Shown: positions 19,401 through 29,593, counted from the first letter of the stretch. The stretch is DNA of 57,944 nucleotides from an uncultured Pseudomonadales bacterium (GCA_964648715.1 CAZYNM010000008.1:1-57944); one strand, 5' to 3'. Made by a program: numbers and translations. Notes: generated by a model from the sequence alone, not told the origin.

Positions 19401-20239
19401 AGAGAGAGAACAAGATACCAAAACCCCATGAATCCAAGTACTGCATTAATAAAGGGAAGTCTCCAGTACCACCGTTCAATAACAGAGAGTGGCGCAGCGC
19501 GAAGCATAAAAATGATCGTTGGATAGACCAAAAATACCATGCCAACCCATCCAAGTATATACCAGAAAAGTAGTGCAGATATAAGCCAATTAGCACCCAC
19601 AAACACGAGGGATTTGTGATGTCCCAGTACTACCGCAGTAGTTTGTATGCCCGCATGTTCGTCACTTTTAATGTCGGGCAGAGCAGAAAATGTATGCAAA
19701 GCTGCTGTCCAACAGACAGCAGCAACAACCACCAGGGTGGAAGGAAGCATACCCGTACTCTCAATATATGCGACAAAACCAGGAAGTGCATACAAAACAT
19801 TGGAGTACGCATCCCACAATGGTTGGGCTTTAAAGCGGAAAGGGGGAGCACTATACCAAAAACTGAGAGCAACAAAAAAGGCAAAAAAGAGTCGTGCTAC
19901 TGGCTGTGCTAGCAGAAAGAAGATCCACACGGCGCAAACAAAGACTAGGAAAGATCCAAGTAATACGTGTTTGTCTTCGGTCTGTTTAAGCAGATGCTCG
20001 TGAGATGTTTTCTTTGGATTAAGAAGATCTGTATCTCTATCATAATAATCGTTTATTCCGTACAAGAAAAAATTCATGGGAAAAGATAAAAAAAACAAAA
20101 AGAGTACATTTTTAATATCTTGCAATACATGTATGCCAAGGCCAGTGGCTGCAAATCCTATCAGCGCCGGACCAACAAGATAGAGCCAAAAGCGTGGACG
20201 ACTGATTGCAAGGATCGTGGTAAGAGATGAACTCTGCAT
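19397..20239 (-). CDS. UbiA-family prenyltransferase, lycopene elongase (LyeJ/CrtEb)-like
   Basis: SRPRFWLYLVGP, YGINDYYD..D..NP.K, PPFRFK, PDIKSD; crt context. Confidence 0.8.
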   Translation of the reverse strand: MQSSSLTTILAISRPRFWLYLVGPALIGFAATGLGIHVLQDIKNVLFLFFLSFPMNFFLYGINDYYDRDTDLLNPKKTSHEHLLKQTEDKHVLLGSFLVFVCAVWIFFLLAQPVARLFFAFFVALSFWYSAPPFRFKAQPLWDAYSNVLYALPGFVAYIESTGMLPSTLVVVAAVCWTAALHTFSALPDIKSDEHAGIQTTAVVLGHHKSLVFVGANWLISALLFWYILGWVGMVFLVYPTIIFMLRAAPLSVIERWYWRLPFINAVLGFMGFWYLVLSL

Positions 20240-20270
20240 TTTACGTATTCTACTGTATACTATCCCCACC

Positions 20271-21053
20271 ATGGCAACGGTGGATTGGCAGAGAGCTATC
20301 TTTAAAAGAGCAAGCGTTACGTACTATACTGCTTCACTTTTTTTCCCTCAGGATGTTCAACAATTGGTGTTTACCTTGTATGCATTTGTGCGTACTGTTG
20401 ATGATTTTGTAGATGCCACGCCACAAGATGCAAAAGGCTTTTATGCGTTTGTAAAGGCATACTACCAACAGCTTCATGGTAAACGGCAATCGGGCAACGC
20501 CATCATTCACAGCTTTATACATTTACAGCAACAGTATCGATTCAAACAAGTTTGGGTAGATGCATTTTTGACCGCAATGGAGCTGGATTTGTACAAAAAG
20601 GTATATCGCACAGAACAAGAGCTAGAGCACTATATGTATGGCTCTGCTGAAGTGATTGGCTGTATGCTGTGTGCCATTTTTGGAACACCAGCTTCGCTGT
20701 ACCCAGCGGCTCGTATGCTGGGACGTACCATGCAATATGCCAACTTTTTACGTGACATTGCCGAAGACAAACAGCTTGGACGTTCTTATTTGTCTGCTGA
20801 AAGTGACACACTTGATGCGGTATACTCACGTGCGTGTGTGCGCTATGCTGAATGGAGTTCTCGTGCGCACCTTGGGATACAAAAACTTCCCTGGGAACTG
20901 CGCATACCGGTAGCAACAGCTACAGAAATGTATGATTGGACAGTGACACAAATACAAAAAAACCCTCAGGTCGTATGGAAGAAAAAAATAAAACCACAGC
21001 CACTCAGAGTCTTCATGACAGCAGTGAAGTTGCTGGTGCAGTCCAGCATTTGA
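20271..21053 (+). CDS. crtB: Phytoene synthase
   Basis: S.TYY.A, YAFVR..DDFVD, LEHYMYGSAEVIG, QYANFLRDIAED..LGRSY. Confidence 0.92.
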   Translation: MATVDWQRAIFKRASVTYYTASLFFPQDVQQLVFTLYAFVRTVDDFVDATPQDAKGFYAFVKAYYQQLHGKRQSGNAIIHSFIHLQQQYRFKQVWVDAFLTAMELDLYKKVYRTEQELEHYMYGSAEVIGCMLCAIFGTPASLYPAARMLGRTMQYANFLRDIAEDKQLGRSYLSAESDTLDAVYSRACVRYAEWSSRAHLGIQKLPWELRIPVATATEMYDWTVTQIQKNPQVVWKKKIKPQPLRVFMTAVKLLVQSSI

Positions 21054-22102
21054 GGCAAATTGGACCTGAACTAGCCGCACGTATTACTGCAGTGCTTACA
21101 GATTTCTCGCGTATAAATAGTCGTTATCCTCTTGATGCAGAAGTGTTTTCTTATTTAAGTACGTACTGTGTGTCAGGAAAGCTGTTCCGTGGTTCACTTT
21201 TTTTGGCTATGTGTGAACTCCTTAAAAAGGAGAATGAGTTTACTCTTGATAGGTTGATGCCAGTTGCTGTAGCACTAGAGTTGTATGGATCTGGCATCCT
21301 GATTCAGGACGATGTGATGGACCAAGATGGACTGCGTAGAGGAAACAAAACAGTTCACACATGGCTTGTGGAATATGCACAGAAGCACAGCATTCGTGAT
21401 GCACAACGGTGGGGAGAAAGTGTGGCAACGTGTTTTGCTGACACTTTGTTTTTTGTGGCAGGAGAATGCCTGACAACTGCACAACTTGATCAATCACATG
21501 TACAAAAACTACAAACGTATTCTTTCCGTGAACTTGCCCTCTTAGGTATGGCGCAAGCAGAAGACTTGCGGCAAGCCGGTGCGCCCGGCATTCCATCCCA
21601 TCAAGAAATACTGGATATGTTTGTGGGTAAAACAGGACGCTATACAGCTCGGTGGCCGCTTGCCCTTGCTGGGCTTGTGTCTGATGTCACTCCAGAAATC
21701 CAACATGCATTGGAGGCAGTGGGTGAGTCTATAGGTGTGGTGTACCAAATGCGTGATGATTATTTGGGTCTTTTTGGAGATGCGCAGGTGACAGGAAAAA
21801 ATACCACCAGTGATATTCGTGAAGGAAAGAAGACTCTATATGCAGCAACTTTCTTTGCTTGTGCCAGAGGGGAGATGAAAGAGCGTGCCCAGCGCATCTT
21901 TGCTAGCAAAAATGCGTCAGAACAGGACTGTGCATGGTTTAAAGAAGCGCTTACCACTACTGGTAGTAGTAAAGAGGTAGATGTACTGCTTGAGCAGTAC
22001 GTTGCAGAAATCTTGACGCAAATAGATCAGCTAGAACTTCCCATGGCAGTTAAGAGCTTACTTAAAGGTATCGCTATGTACAGTGCAAGGAGAGATAAAT
22101 GA
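20936..22102 (+). CDS. crtE: Polyprenyl (GGPP) synthase; true start possibly TTG at 21050
   Basis: GKLFR, QDDVMD....RRG, GKT, YQMRDD, SDIREGKKT. Confidence 0.85.
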   Translation: MDSDTNTKKPSGRMEEKNKTTATQSLHDSSEVAGAVQHLRQIGPELAARITAVLTDFSRINSRYPLDAEVFSYLSTYCVSGKLFRGSLFLAMCELLKKENEFTLDRLMPVAVALELYGSGILIQDDVMDQDGLRRGNKTVHTWLVEYAQKHSIRDAQRWGESVATCFADTLFFVAGECLTTAQLDQSHVQKLQTYSFRELALLGMAQAEDLRQAGAPGIPSHQEILDMFVGKTGRYTARWPLALAGLVSDVTPEIQHALEAVGESIGVVYQMRDDYLGLFGDAQVTGKNTTSDIREGKKTLYAATFFACARGEMKERAQRIFASKNASEQDCAWFKEALTTTGSSKEVDVLLEQYVAEILTQIDQLELPMAVKSLLKGIAMYSARRDK

Positions 22103-22806
22103 AGGTAATGGCTACTCTTGCAGAGATACGTGCATCAATGGCGACATTAGCACAACCACCCAAGGATCAAGATTTTATTCGCCGATACCTTGGAACACCA
22201 CGAGAAGTGCGTGGAGTGAAAACAGCATATATTCGTCAGCTGGCCAGTCGACTAGCCAAAGAAAAAGGAAATGACACACCATTTATGGTGGACATTCTTG
22301 ATATGTTGTACGCAAGTCCCACGTATGAAGAGCGAGCATTGGCTGGCTATCTCCTCACGCAGTGTAAAACTATGCGTACTGGTTTACCACTGCAGCGACT
22401 TGTCCCCTGGATTGGCGCGCAGACTGGATGGGCAGAAATAGACACCACGTGCCAATCGCTCATGACAGCTTCAGAAGTTTCAAACCGCTGGCAAGAGTTT
22501 GTTGATCTTATTACCCATCTATCTACAAGTCATAAGATCCAGTTGCGACGTGCCAGTTTAGTGCTGCTGGTAAAGCCACTGAGAGAAAGCAGTTCTCCCG
22601 AACTTGCTGAACTTGCCTGTGCGACTGTTGACCAGCTCAAAAAGGAAAAAGATAGTCTAATTACCAAAGCAATTTCGTGGACGCTGCGGAGCATGGTTTT
22701 GTTACATACAGCACATCTCACCAGTTACCTGAAAACAAACAGTTCCAGTTTGCCAAAAATTGCGGTAAGAGAAGTAACGCGCAAGCTTGCAACAGGGAAG
22801 AAGTAG
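22099..22806 (+). CDS. DNA alkylation repair (AlkD-like HEAT-repeat) protein
   Basis: GVK, WAEID, RRASLV, KAISWTLR. Confidence 0.8.
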   Translation: MKVMATLAEIRASMATLAQPPKDQDFIRRYLGTPREVRGVKTAYIRQLASRLAKEKGNDTPFMVDILDMLYASPTYEERALAGYLLTQCKTMRTGLPLQRLVPWIGAQTGWAEIDTTCQSLMTASEVSNRWQEFVDLITHLSTSHKIQLRRASLVLLVKPLRESSSPELAELACATVDQLKKEKDSLITKAISWTLRSMVLLHTAHLTSYLKTNSSSLPKIAVREVTRKLATGKK

Positions 22807-22808
22807 GT

Positions 22809-24323
22809 ATGCCAACATATGAACATCCTTATCGCGAGGAGCAAGAAAACCCACTATTTTCTGCCAAAGATTTCCACACAGGTGTTGCTGTGGGGACAGA
22901 TGTTGTGTCGCAAAGACTCAAAGCAGAAATAGAAGCAGCTGGTACCATTCCCTACAGTCGCTTTATGCAGGTGGCATGTACTGAGCATTTTTATGGCTCG
23001 GGTGTTGTGCGTTTTGATCAGAAAGAAGACTTCACCACCATCCCCGAACAGCATCCATTTTTTGGTGCATACTGCGCAAGCGTGCTGCATGACGTATGGA
23101 TATCATTAGGTAAACCTGAACAGTTTCAAGTAGTTGAGCAAGGCCCTGGACAAGGTGTTCTCGCTGCCAATCTCTTACACTATACACGCGAGCTATTCCC
23201 CAATTTTTTTGCAGCACTCTCATACACACTGGTTGAAGTGAGTCATCCTTTGGCGGTGCGTCAAAAAGAGAGACTTGCCAGCTACAGTGATAAAGTAACT
23301 TGGCTTATTGGTTCGGCCACCGAAATTGAACTTCCTACCACCGTGGGTGCGTTCATCTCCAATGAACTGCCTGATGCATTTCCGGTGGAGCGAGTCGCAC
23401 GAATCAATAGGAGAGTTAGGCAAAAGTACATCACCATCGAAAATGGTATGTGGGTTGAGGTATGGAGTGAGCCCACACCAGAAGTTACACAGTTTATTGA
23501 GAAGTTTGCACTCACTATTGAAGAAGAAAACGAGACAGCTATCAACCTCCCAAGTGTTGTCTGGCAACAGAAAATGCAGGCGGCACTGCAAGCAGGCGCA
23601 ATTTTTACTGTCGATTATGGTGGTCAAGGTAAGAGAGCTACAGGAAGCTACCTGGCAGTTCGTTATTATGGCAAAGATGCTACTCACTCCATACGTGGCG
23701 CAGCGGTAAGCGATGCTTTAGCAAACTATGCTGCACCAGGGCAGTACGACATGACCGCAGATGTAGATTTTGCGGTACTGGAAAAAATTGCTCGCAGTGA
23801 GGGTCTGGAAGTAGCGGAAAGTGCATCCGCAGAGAGGTTTTTTGAACGTCTGGGTGTGTTTAAGAGTATTGAGCCTTATATTGAGCAACTCAAGAGTGCA
23901 CACACATGGCAAGAATATGTGAGGTTGTTTGGTGAAGTAGAGGATGCGTATACAAGCCTCTATGGTTTCTTTTCTTGCTCTCAATTCTACGCACATCTCA
24001 TAACCAAAAACTGCACACTCATGAGACAAAACTACAGCAATGAAAACCAAGAATTTCCTGTTGAACTGGAAGACTTTTTTGTTCAACTTCCTGTTCCTTT
24101 GGAAGAAAAATACTACACGGTGGATAGAACACACGTTGCTGGTTTTGATGCAGAATCTGGTAAACCCACCAAGATGGCCCGTGAGACTGGTGGGTACCTT
24201 CTTGTGCCCCCTGTAGAACTTCAGGGAATGCGTGTCATGAAAAATGATGGAACACTGCTGTATGATTTTACAGATTCAGAAATCTGTGAACAGTTTGTAC
24301 AGCAAAGCGGGTATATACATTGA
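22809..24323 (+). CDS. SAM-dependent methyltransferase, MidA/NDUFAF7 family, with C-terminal extension
   Basis: DFTT.PE, EQGPGQG.LA, SNELPDAFPV, DYG, D.TADVDF. Confidence 0.85.
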   Translation: MPTYEHPYREEQENPLFSAKDFHTGVAVGTDVVSQRLKAEIEAAGTIPYSRFMQVACTEHFYGSGVVRFDQKEDFTTIPEQHPFFGAYCASVLHDVWISLGKPEQFQVVEQGPGQGVLAANLLHYTRELFPNFFAALSYTLVEVSHPLAVRQKERLASYSDKVTWLIGSATEIELPTTVGAFISNELPDAFPVERVARINRRVRQKYITIENGMWVEVWSEPTPEVTQFIEKFALTIEEENETAINLPSVVWQQKMQAALQAGAIFTVDYGGQGKRATGSYLAVRYYGKDATHSIRGAAVSDALANYAAPGQYDMTADVDFAVLEKIARSEGLEVAESASAERFFERLGVFKSIEPYIEQLKSAHTWQEYVRLFGEVEDAYTSLYGFFSCSQFYAHLITKNCTLMRQNYSNENQEFPVELEDFFVQLPVPLEEKYYTVDRTHVAGFDAESGKPTKMARETGGYLLVPPVELQGMRVMKNDGTLLYDFTDSEICEQFVQQSGYIH

Positions 24324-24333
24324 AAGGATAGCT

Positions 24334-25248
24334 ATGACAGTTGGTTTTATAGGTTTGGGAAAAATGGGTAAGAATATGGTGCTTCGACTCCTGGAACAGG
24401 GTGTGCCGGTGGTGGCGTGGAATAGGTCTCCTGAACCACGTGCAGAAGTTGCTTCAGCAGGTGCTCGTGTTACTGAGAGTGTGGCAGAATTGGTGGCGGA
24501 GCTTCCGTCTCCCAAAGTTGTATGGTTAATGCTCCCTGCTGGAGACGTGACAGATGCCATGATAACTGAAGTTGCTGCGCACTTAACCACGGGTGACACA
24601 CTTATTGATGGTGCAAACTCTTTCTACAAAGATACGCTCAGACGCGCACAGGTGATGACGGAGAAAGGCATTCGTTTTATTGATGCACCTATTTCTGGTG
24701 GTCCCGGTGGCGCACGGACAGGTGCCTGTATGTTGGTGGGCAGCACTGCAACAGCAGTGCACGATTTAATGCCACTTTTTTCTGCATTAACAGCACCACA
24801 AGCTCTTGGTTTTTTCGGTAGTGTGGGGAGTGGTCATTACGCCAAAATGATTCACAACGGCATTGAGTACGGCATGATGCAAGCTATTGCGGAAGGGGCT
24901 GCTCTGCTCAAGCATGGGCCATTTTCCTATGACATGGCAGAGGTCTTTCGTGTATACAACATTAAGACTGTGATTGAATCAAGGCTAGTGGGTTGGACAC
25001 AAGAAGCACTCGTAGAAGATCCCGAACTCACTCAAACAGCTGCCACTATCGGGGCACTTGGTGAAGGCGCATGGACCGCCGTAACTGCGCAAGAACTACA
25101 TATTGCAGCTCCAGTTATTACCGCGTCAGTGCAAGTACGCACTGAATCAAGTAGTGTTGCCGAAAGTTCACCAGAAGGGTATAGAAATAAAGTGGTTTCG
25201 GCACAGCGCGGTAAGTTTGGCGGTCATGCCGTCAAGAAAACTGCATAA
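24334..25248 (+). CDS. gnd: 6-phosphogluconate dehydrogenase (short type)
   Basis: GFIGLGKMG, DGANS, SGG..GA, KMIHNGIEYG, FGGH. Confidence 0.95.
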   Translation: MTVGFIGLGKMGKNMVLRLLEQGVPVVAWNRSPEPRAEVASAGARVTESVAELVAELPSPKVVWLMLPAGDVTDAMITEVAAHLTTGDTLIDGANSFYKDTLRRAQVMTEKGIRFIDAPISGGPGGARTGACMLVGSTATAVHDLMPLFSALTAPQALGFFGSVGSGHYAKMIHNGIEYGMMQAIAEGAALLKHGPFSYDMAEVFRVYNIKTVIESRLVGWTQEALVEDPELTQTAATIGALGEGAWTAVTAQELHIAAPVITASVQVRTESSSVAESSPEGYRNKVVSAQRGKFGGHAVKKTA

Positions 25249-25250
25249 CT

Positions 25251-26660
25251 TTAGAGATTTTCAGGGTGTTCGTCTGGAGGGTAAGTTTGGAGCGGTACTT
25301 TGTTGTCATCCCAGGCTGTGCTAATAGGGTCTATGAACTTCCACATTGCAGCAACTTCTTGTGTGCTGAGGAACAAAAGCTGGTTTCCCAAAATACAGTC
25401 TAGGAGTAAGCGTTCATATTCGTGTGTGTATTGTTGTTTGACTTCTGTGCTATCGGAGTAGACAAACTGAAAATCTGCCTCACGTGGTTCCAGTGTGAGA
25501 CCGGGTTTTTTTGCCCAAAAACTCATCTTAATTTCCTCTTTGGGCTCCATACGGAAGATGACTGTATTTTTGTAGTGCTTGTCTGTTGGGCACAAACAGC
25601 GCTTGGGGTGCTTGAAAGTTATGATTACTTCTTTTCGTGCTTCACCCATGCGTTTACCACTTTCCAAGGTAATCGGAACTCCGCGCCAGCGAGGGTGCGT
25701 AAGTGAAAATGTCATTTTGAAATAGGTCTCTGTATCAGAATTCGGTGCAACGCCCGCAATACCATGGTATCCCGCATACTGTGCTCGTTTGGTATTCATG
25801 CGAATACTGCGTGGTGAAAGATGTGGTAATGTAGCCAATAGTTTGGCTCGCTTACTGCGTACATCCTTTGCACTAAAACTGCGAGGTCTATCCATAAGAG
25901 AAAGTGCAACCATTTGTAGCATATGATTTTGACCCACATCACGCAGTGCACCAACTCCATCGTAGAATGAACCGCGGTGTTCCACTCCAATTTTTTCGTA
26001 CAGTTTTATGGATATAGATTCAATGTGGCTTTTGCTCCACATTTCTTCCAATAAATTATTATGGAAACGGAATACCAAAATGTTTTGCAGCATTTCTTTG
26101 GCAAGGTAGTGATCTATCCTATAAATTTGTTCTTCTTCAAACAGTTTTCCCAGCATTAAATCTAGTTCTTGGGCAGTTTGCAGATCCTTGCCAAATGGTT
26201 TCTCTACAATAATTCTCGTCCATCCGGTCTTGTCGCTACATGGCTCGGAGAGTTTTGAGTCGGCTAGTTTTTTGAAAATACTGGCATAGTACGTAGGTGG
26301 CACAGCGAGATAGAACAATTTGTTGGAACATGCTTGCCACTGTTCATCTACCAATCCCAATGTTGTAGCAAGTGCGTGGTAGTCTACCTTGTGTTCAAAG
26401 TTGCCCGTATGGTAGTAGCACAGAGACAAAAACGCGTCATCGACTGCGTGGATACCTTTATGAACCAGTTCACGTTTGATGAGGTGACGGAACTCATCAT
26501 GGCTCATTTCACGGCGGGCAAAGCCGTAAATCGCGAAGAGTTTAGGGAGATGTCCACCTTTATACAGCTGATATAAAGCTGGTGCAATTTTTTTGGCCAT
26601 TAAGTCGCCAGTTGCTCCTAAAACGATGAGAATGGTGGGAATAGATGATGATGACTGCAT
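25251..26660 (-). CDS. zwf: Glucose-6-phosphate dehydrogenase
   Basis: GATGDL, EKPFG, RIDHYLAKE, DVGQNH. Confidence 0.97.
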   Translation of the reverse strand: MQSSSSIPTILIVLGATGDLMAKKIAPALYQLYKGGHLPKLFAIYGFARREMSHDEFRHLIKRELVHKGIHAVDDAFLSLCYYHTGNFEHKVDYHALATTLGLVDEQWQACSNKLFYLAVPPTYYASIFKKLADSKLSEPCSDKTGWTRIIVEKPFGKDLQTAQELDLMLGKLFEEEQIYRIDHYLAKEMLQNILVFRFHNNLLEEMWSKSHIESISIKLYEKIGVEHRGSFYDGVGALRDVGQNHMLQMVALSLMDRPRSFSAKDVRSKRAKLLATLPHLSPRSIRMNTKRAQYAGYHGIAGVAPNSDTETYFKMTFSLTHPRWRGVPITLESGKRMGEARKEVIITFKHPKRCLCPTDKHYKNTVIFRMEPKEEIKMSFWAKKPGLTLEPREADFQFVYSDSTEVKQQYTHEYERLLLDCILGNQLLFLSTQEVAAMWKFIDPISTAWDDNKVPLQTYPPDEHPENL

Positions 26661-26822
26661 TAGTCACACGGTACCACACTTTCCCCAAAGGTGAAAGCGA
26701 GCTGTGCTGCAAACTCTACGGTTCTTACACCTTTCTTACACAACTATCATTGTGCCTTAGGTATGCAATGGTACAGTTATTCAGATTGAAAGAGTAATAG
26801 GTATGTTCTAGAAAGGAACAGT

Positions 26823-27437
26823 ATGAAAAAATATCTCCTCATCCTGCCAGCGGCAGGAATTCTTTTATCTGGCTGTACAACTAATTCAAGTACTACCATG
26901 ACCCCTTCACCAACACCACTAATGGAAGAACAGCCAATGAGGCAGGGATCATCACTAACAGAAAATGATGATATGGCAAAAATGGAAGATGGAGTGATGG
27001 TGGGTGGAGCATTAATGGTGCCTTCCAAAGATATCGTTGATAACGCAATGAACTCCAAAGATCACACTACGGTTGTTGCAGCGGTAAAGGCAGCAGGACT
27101 AGCTGAGACCCTCAAAGGTAAAGGTCCTTTCACCGTTTTTGCTCCTACCAATGCAGCCTTTGACAAACTGTCAGCTGGCACCGTAGATGCCCTTATGAAA
27201 CCAGAGAATAAGTCTAAGTTAACTGGAGTGCTTACTTACCATGTTGTGCCTGGAACGTACAAATCTTCAGATATTAAAGATGGCATGACCCTCAAAACAG
27301 TTAATGGACAGACGCTTAAGTTTACTATGAAAGACGGCACATGGTGGATCAATAATTCCGCACAGATTGAAATTTCAGATGTTGTATCATCCAACGGTGT
27401 GACCCACGTTATTGATACGGTACTCATGCCTCAGTAA
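26823..27437 (+). CDS. Fasciclin-domain lipoprotein
   Basis: Lipobox LLSGC; FTVFAPTNAAF, LTYHVVPG, NGVTHVIDTVL. Confidence 0.93.
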   Translation: MKKYLLILPAAGILLSGCTTNSSTTMTPSPTPLMEEQPMRQGSSLTENDDMAKMEDGVMVGGALMVPSKDIVDNAMNSKDHTTVVAAVKAAGLAETLKGKGPFTVFAPTNAAFDKLSAGTVDALMKPENKSKLTGVLTYHVVPGTYKSSDIKDGMTLKTVNGQTLKFTMKDGTWWINNSAQIEISDVVSSNGVTHVIDTVLMPQ

Positions 27438-27470
27438 TCTTATGACGAGTAACATGCACTCATGCTTTTC

Positions 27471-27500
27471 AAAGTTCCCAAGCTGTTGCTTGGGAACTTT
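27471..27500. terminator. Perfect 13-bp inverted repeat after the fasciclin gene
   Basis: AAAGTTCCCAAGC-TGTT-GCTTGGGAACTTT. Confidence 0.7.
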
Positions 27501-27532
27501 AGTAGTAAGTAGTTTCTGGTACAATCAAAATT

Positions 27533-28399
27533 ATGCGTAAACTCCATCTCACCACAAGTATTAATGCTCCAGTGGAAAAAGTCTGGAATGCAGTTGTCTC
27601 CAAAGACCTTTATGAACAGTGGACCGCGGCTTTTATGCCTGGTTCGACTTTTGAAGGCACGTGGGAGCAAGGATCAGAAATGCGGTTTCTAGGCCCTGGC
27701 GAAACTGGCGCCAGAGATGGTATGTTCAGCATGATTGCTGAAGCACGAAAAAATGAATTTATCTCTATTAAACACTTGGGTTTAATCACTAGTGGAGTGG
27801 TGGATACCACCAGCCCTGCAGTCAAAGAATGGACGCCATCTTTTGAAAACTATACTTTCACATCAACTCCAAGCGGTACAGAGTTTACCTTGGATATGGA
27901 TGTGGCTGATAATTTCTATGACATGTTTATGCAGATGTGGCCACATGCGCTTGAGCGTCTTAAAGAGGTAGTAGAAACCGGTAAAAGTACATGGATTGAT
28001 ATTGGTACCTTTATTGCTGCACCACTCAGTAAAGTTTGGGAGTACTACACTAAGCCAGAGCACATTGTGCAATGGGGTTTTGCTAGTGATGATTGGGAGG
28101 CGCCAGCAGCAGAAAATGATCTACGTGTAGGCGGGAGATTTAAAACAGTGATGGCTGCCAAAGACAAGAGTGCCCAATTTGACTTTACTGGTGTCTACAC
28201 AGCAGTAAAGCCTCAAGAACGTATTGAGTACACCATAGATGATGGGCGCAAAGTACGTGTCAGTTTCTCTGATCATGGCTCACAAGTGCAAGTTGCAGCG
28301 TCGTTTCAAGCAGAATCAGAAAACTCACTTGAACAACAACAAACAGGATGGCAAGCAATTCTTGATAACTTCAAAAAATATGTTGAGAAAGGAACCTAA
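27533..28399 (+). CDS. Tandem SRPBCC (AHSA1-like) domain protein
   Basis: Two repeats of I.AP..KVW...; ENDLRVGGRF, GWQAILDNFK. Confidence 0.88.
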   Translation: MRKLHLTTSINAPVEKVWNAVVSKDLYEQWTAAFMPGSTFEGTWEQGSEMRFLGPGETGARDGMFSMIAEARKNEFISIKHLGLITSGVVDTTSPAVKEWTPSFENYTFTSTPSGTEFTLDMDVADNFYDMFMQMWPHALERLKEVVETGKSTWIDIGTFIAAPLSKVWEYYTKPEHIVQWGFASDDWEAPAAENDLRVGGRFKTVMAAKDKSAQFDFTGVYTAVKPQERIEYTIDDGRKVRVSFSDHGSQVQVAASFQAESENSLEQQQTGWQAILDNFKKYVEKGT

Positions 28400-28665
28400 T
28401 GGCTATGCTGCACACACTATCCGGCAATTGTGAGAGTTGCCTCATGCCGTTTTCCAAAGATCCCAAAGGTGCTGCACGAGAAAGTGAAAAGTACTGTTCC
28501 TATTGTTTTACCAATGGAAAGCTCTGTTATCCCGGGAATGATTTGGGAGAATTTAGGAAAGCAATGGTTGCTGCGATCGTGGCACGTGGTGAAAGTAGGT
28601 TGAAGGCTTGGATTTTTGCCTTTATGGCAGGATTCGCACCACGCTGGAATAAAAAACATACGTAA
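28399..28665 (+). CDS. Small zinc-ribbon protein
   Basis: CESCLMP...YCSYCF. Confidence 0.75.
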   Translation: MAMLHTLSGNCESCLMPFSKDPKGAARESEKYCSYCFTNGKLCYPGNDLGEFRKAMVAAIVARGESRLKAWIFAFMAGFAPRWNKKHT

Positions 28666-28702
28666 GAGTAGTTCGTACGAATAAATTTTGAAAAGGAACA
28701 TC

Positions 28703-29590
28703 ATGCAGAAAATCGCCCTACATTTTTGGTTTGATACCCAAGCAAAAGCAGCGGCAGAAGTGTATACCAAGCTATTCGCCAACTCTCGTATCATCAGTGT
28801 CAATTCTATCTCTGATACACCATCTGGCACCGTAGAAATTGTCTCGCTGCAGATGGCAGGACAAGACTGTATGTTTATGTCAGCTGGGCCACTTTTTAAA
28901 ATTAATCCAAGCATTTCTCTCATGGTGGTCTGCGAAAACGAAGCAGAAGTAGATACATACTGGGCTGAGCTTTCCAAGGATGGTAAGGTCCTCATGGAAC
29001 TGAGCGAGTATCCCTTTGCCAAAAAATATGGATGGGTGCAGGATAGATTTGGTGTGTCATGGCAAATTGGCTACATGGAAGGTAGTGAAGTAACACAAAA
29101 AATCATGCCAGCACTCATGTACACAGGTGCGGTAGCTGGCAAAGCCGAAGAAGCAATGCAGTTCTATACCAGTCTCTTCAAAGATGGTGTGATTGATTTT
29201 ACTGCACGGTATGAAGCAGGTGAGTCTCCAGTAGATAAACCAGGCACTATTAAGCATGCAGTCTTCAAACTGGCTGGACAAAAATTTGTAGCAATGGATA
29301 GCGCGCACGACCATAAGTTTGGTTTCAATGAAGCTGTTTCACTCATGGTTTACTGTGAGACCCAAGCAGAAATTGACTTTCTCTGGGAAAAACTCAGTGC
29401 AGTTCCAGAATCAGAACAGTGCGGCTGGCTCAAAGACAAGTACGGTGTGTCTTGGCAGATTGTGCCTGTGCAGATGAATGAGATGATGGGCAAGGGCACA
29501 CCAGAACAACAACAGCGTGTCACCGCTGCATTCATGCAGATGAAAAAATTTGACATTGCCACACTCCAAAAAGCATTTGATGGTGAGTAG
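28703..29590 (+). CDS. Tandem VOC/PhnB-like protein
   Basis: Two repeats of ...DKYGVSWQI; QAFMQMKK-like C-terminus. Confidence 0.9.
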   Translation: MQKIALHFWFDTQAKAAAEVYTKLFANSRIISVNSISDTPSGTVEIVSLQMAGQDCMFMSAGPLFKINPSISLMVVCENEAEVDTYWAELSKDGKVLMELSEYPFAKKYGWVQDRFGVSWQIGYMEGSEVTQKIMPALMYTGAVAGKAEEAMQFYTSLFKDGVIDFTARYEAGESPVDKPGTIKHAVFKLAGQKFVAMDSAHDHKFGFNEAVSLMVYCETQAEIDFLWEKLSAVPESEQCGWLKDKYGVSWQIVPVQMNEMMGKGTPEQQQRVTAAFMQMKKFDIATLQKAFDGE

Positions 29591-29593
29591 AGT

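Noticed and set aside
17200-22102. Retinal/rhodopsin module
   Set aside because: No lycopene beta-cyclase, blh or 7-TM opsin in the window
27471-27500. Integron attC site or IS end
   Set aside because: Short perfect hairpin without R/L boxes, integrase or transposase; best read as a terminator
28417-29022. 201-aa antisense ORF and the many other 60-150-aa overlapping ORFs in the track
   Set aside because: They lie opposite or out of frame within well-supported genes and show no motifs
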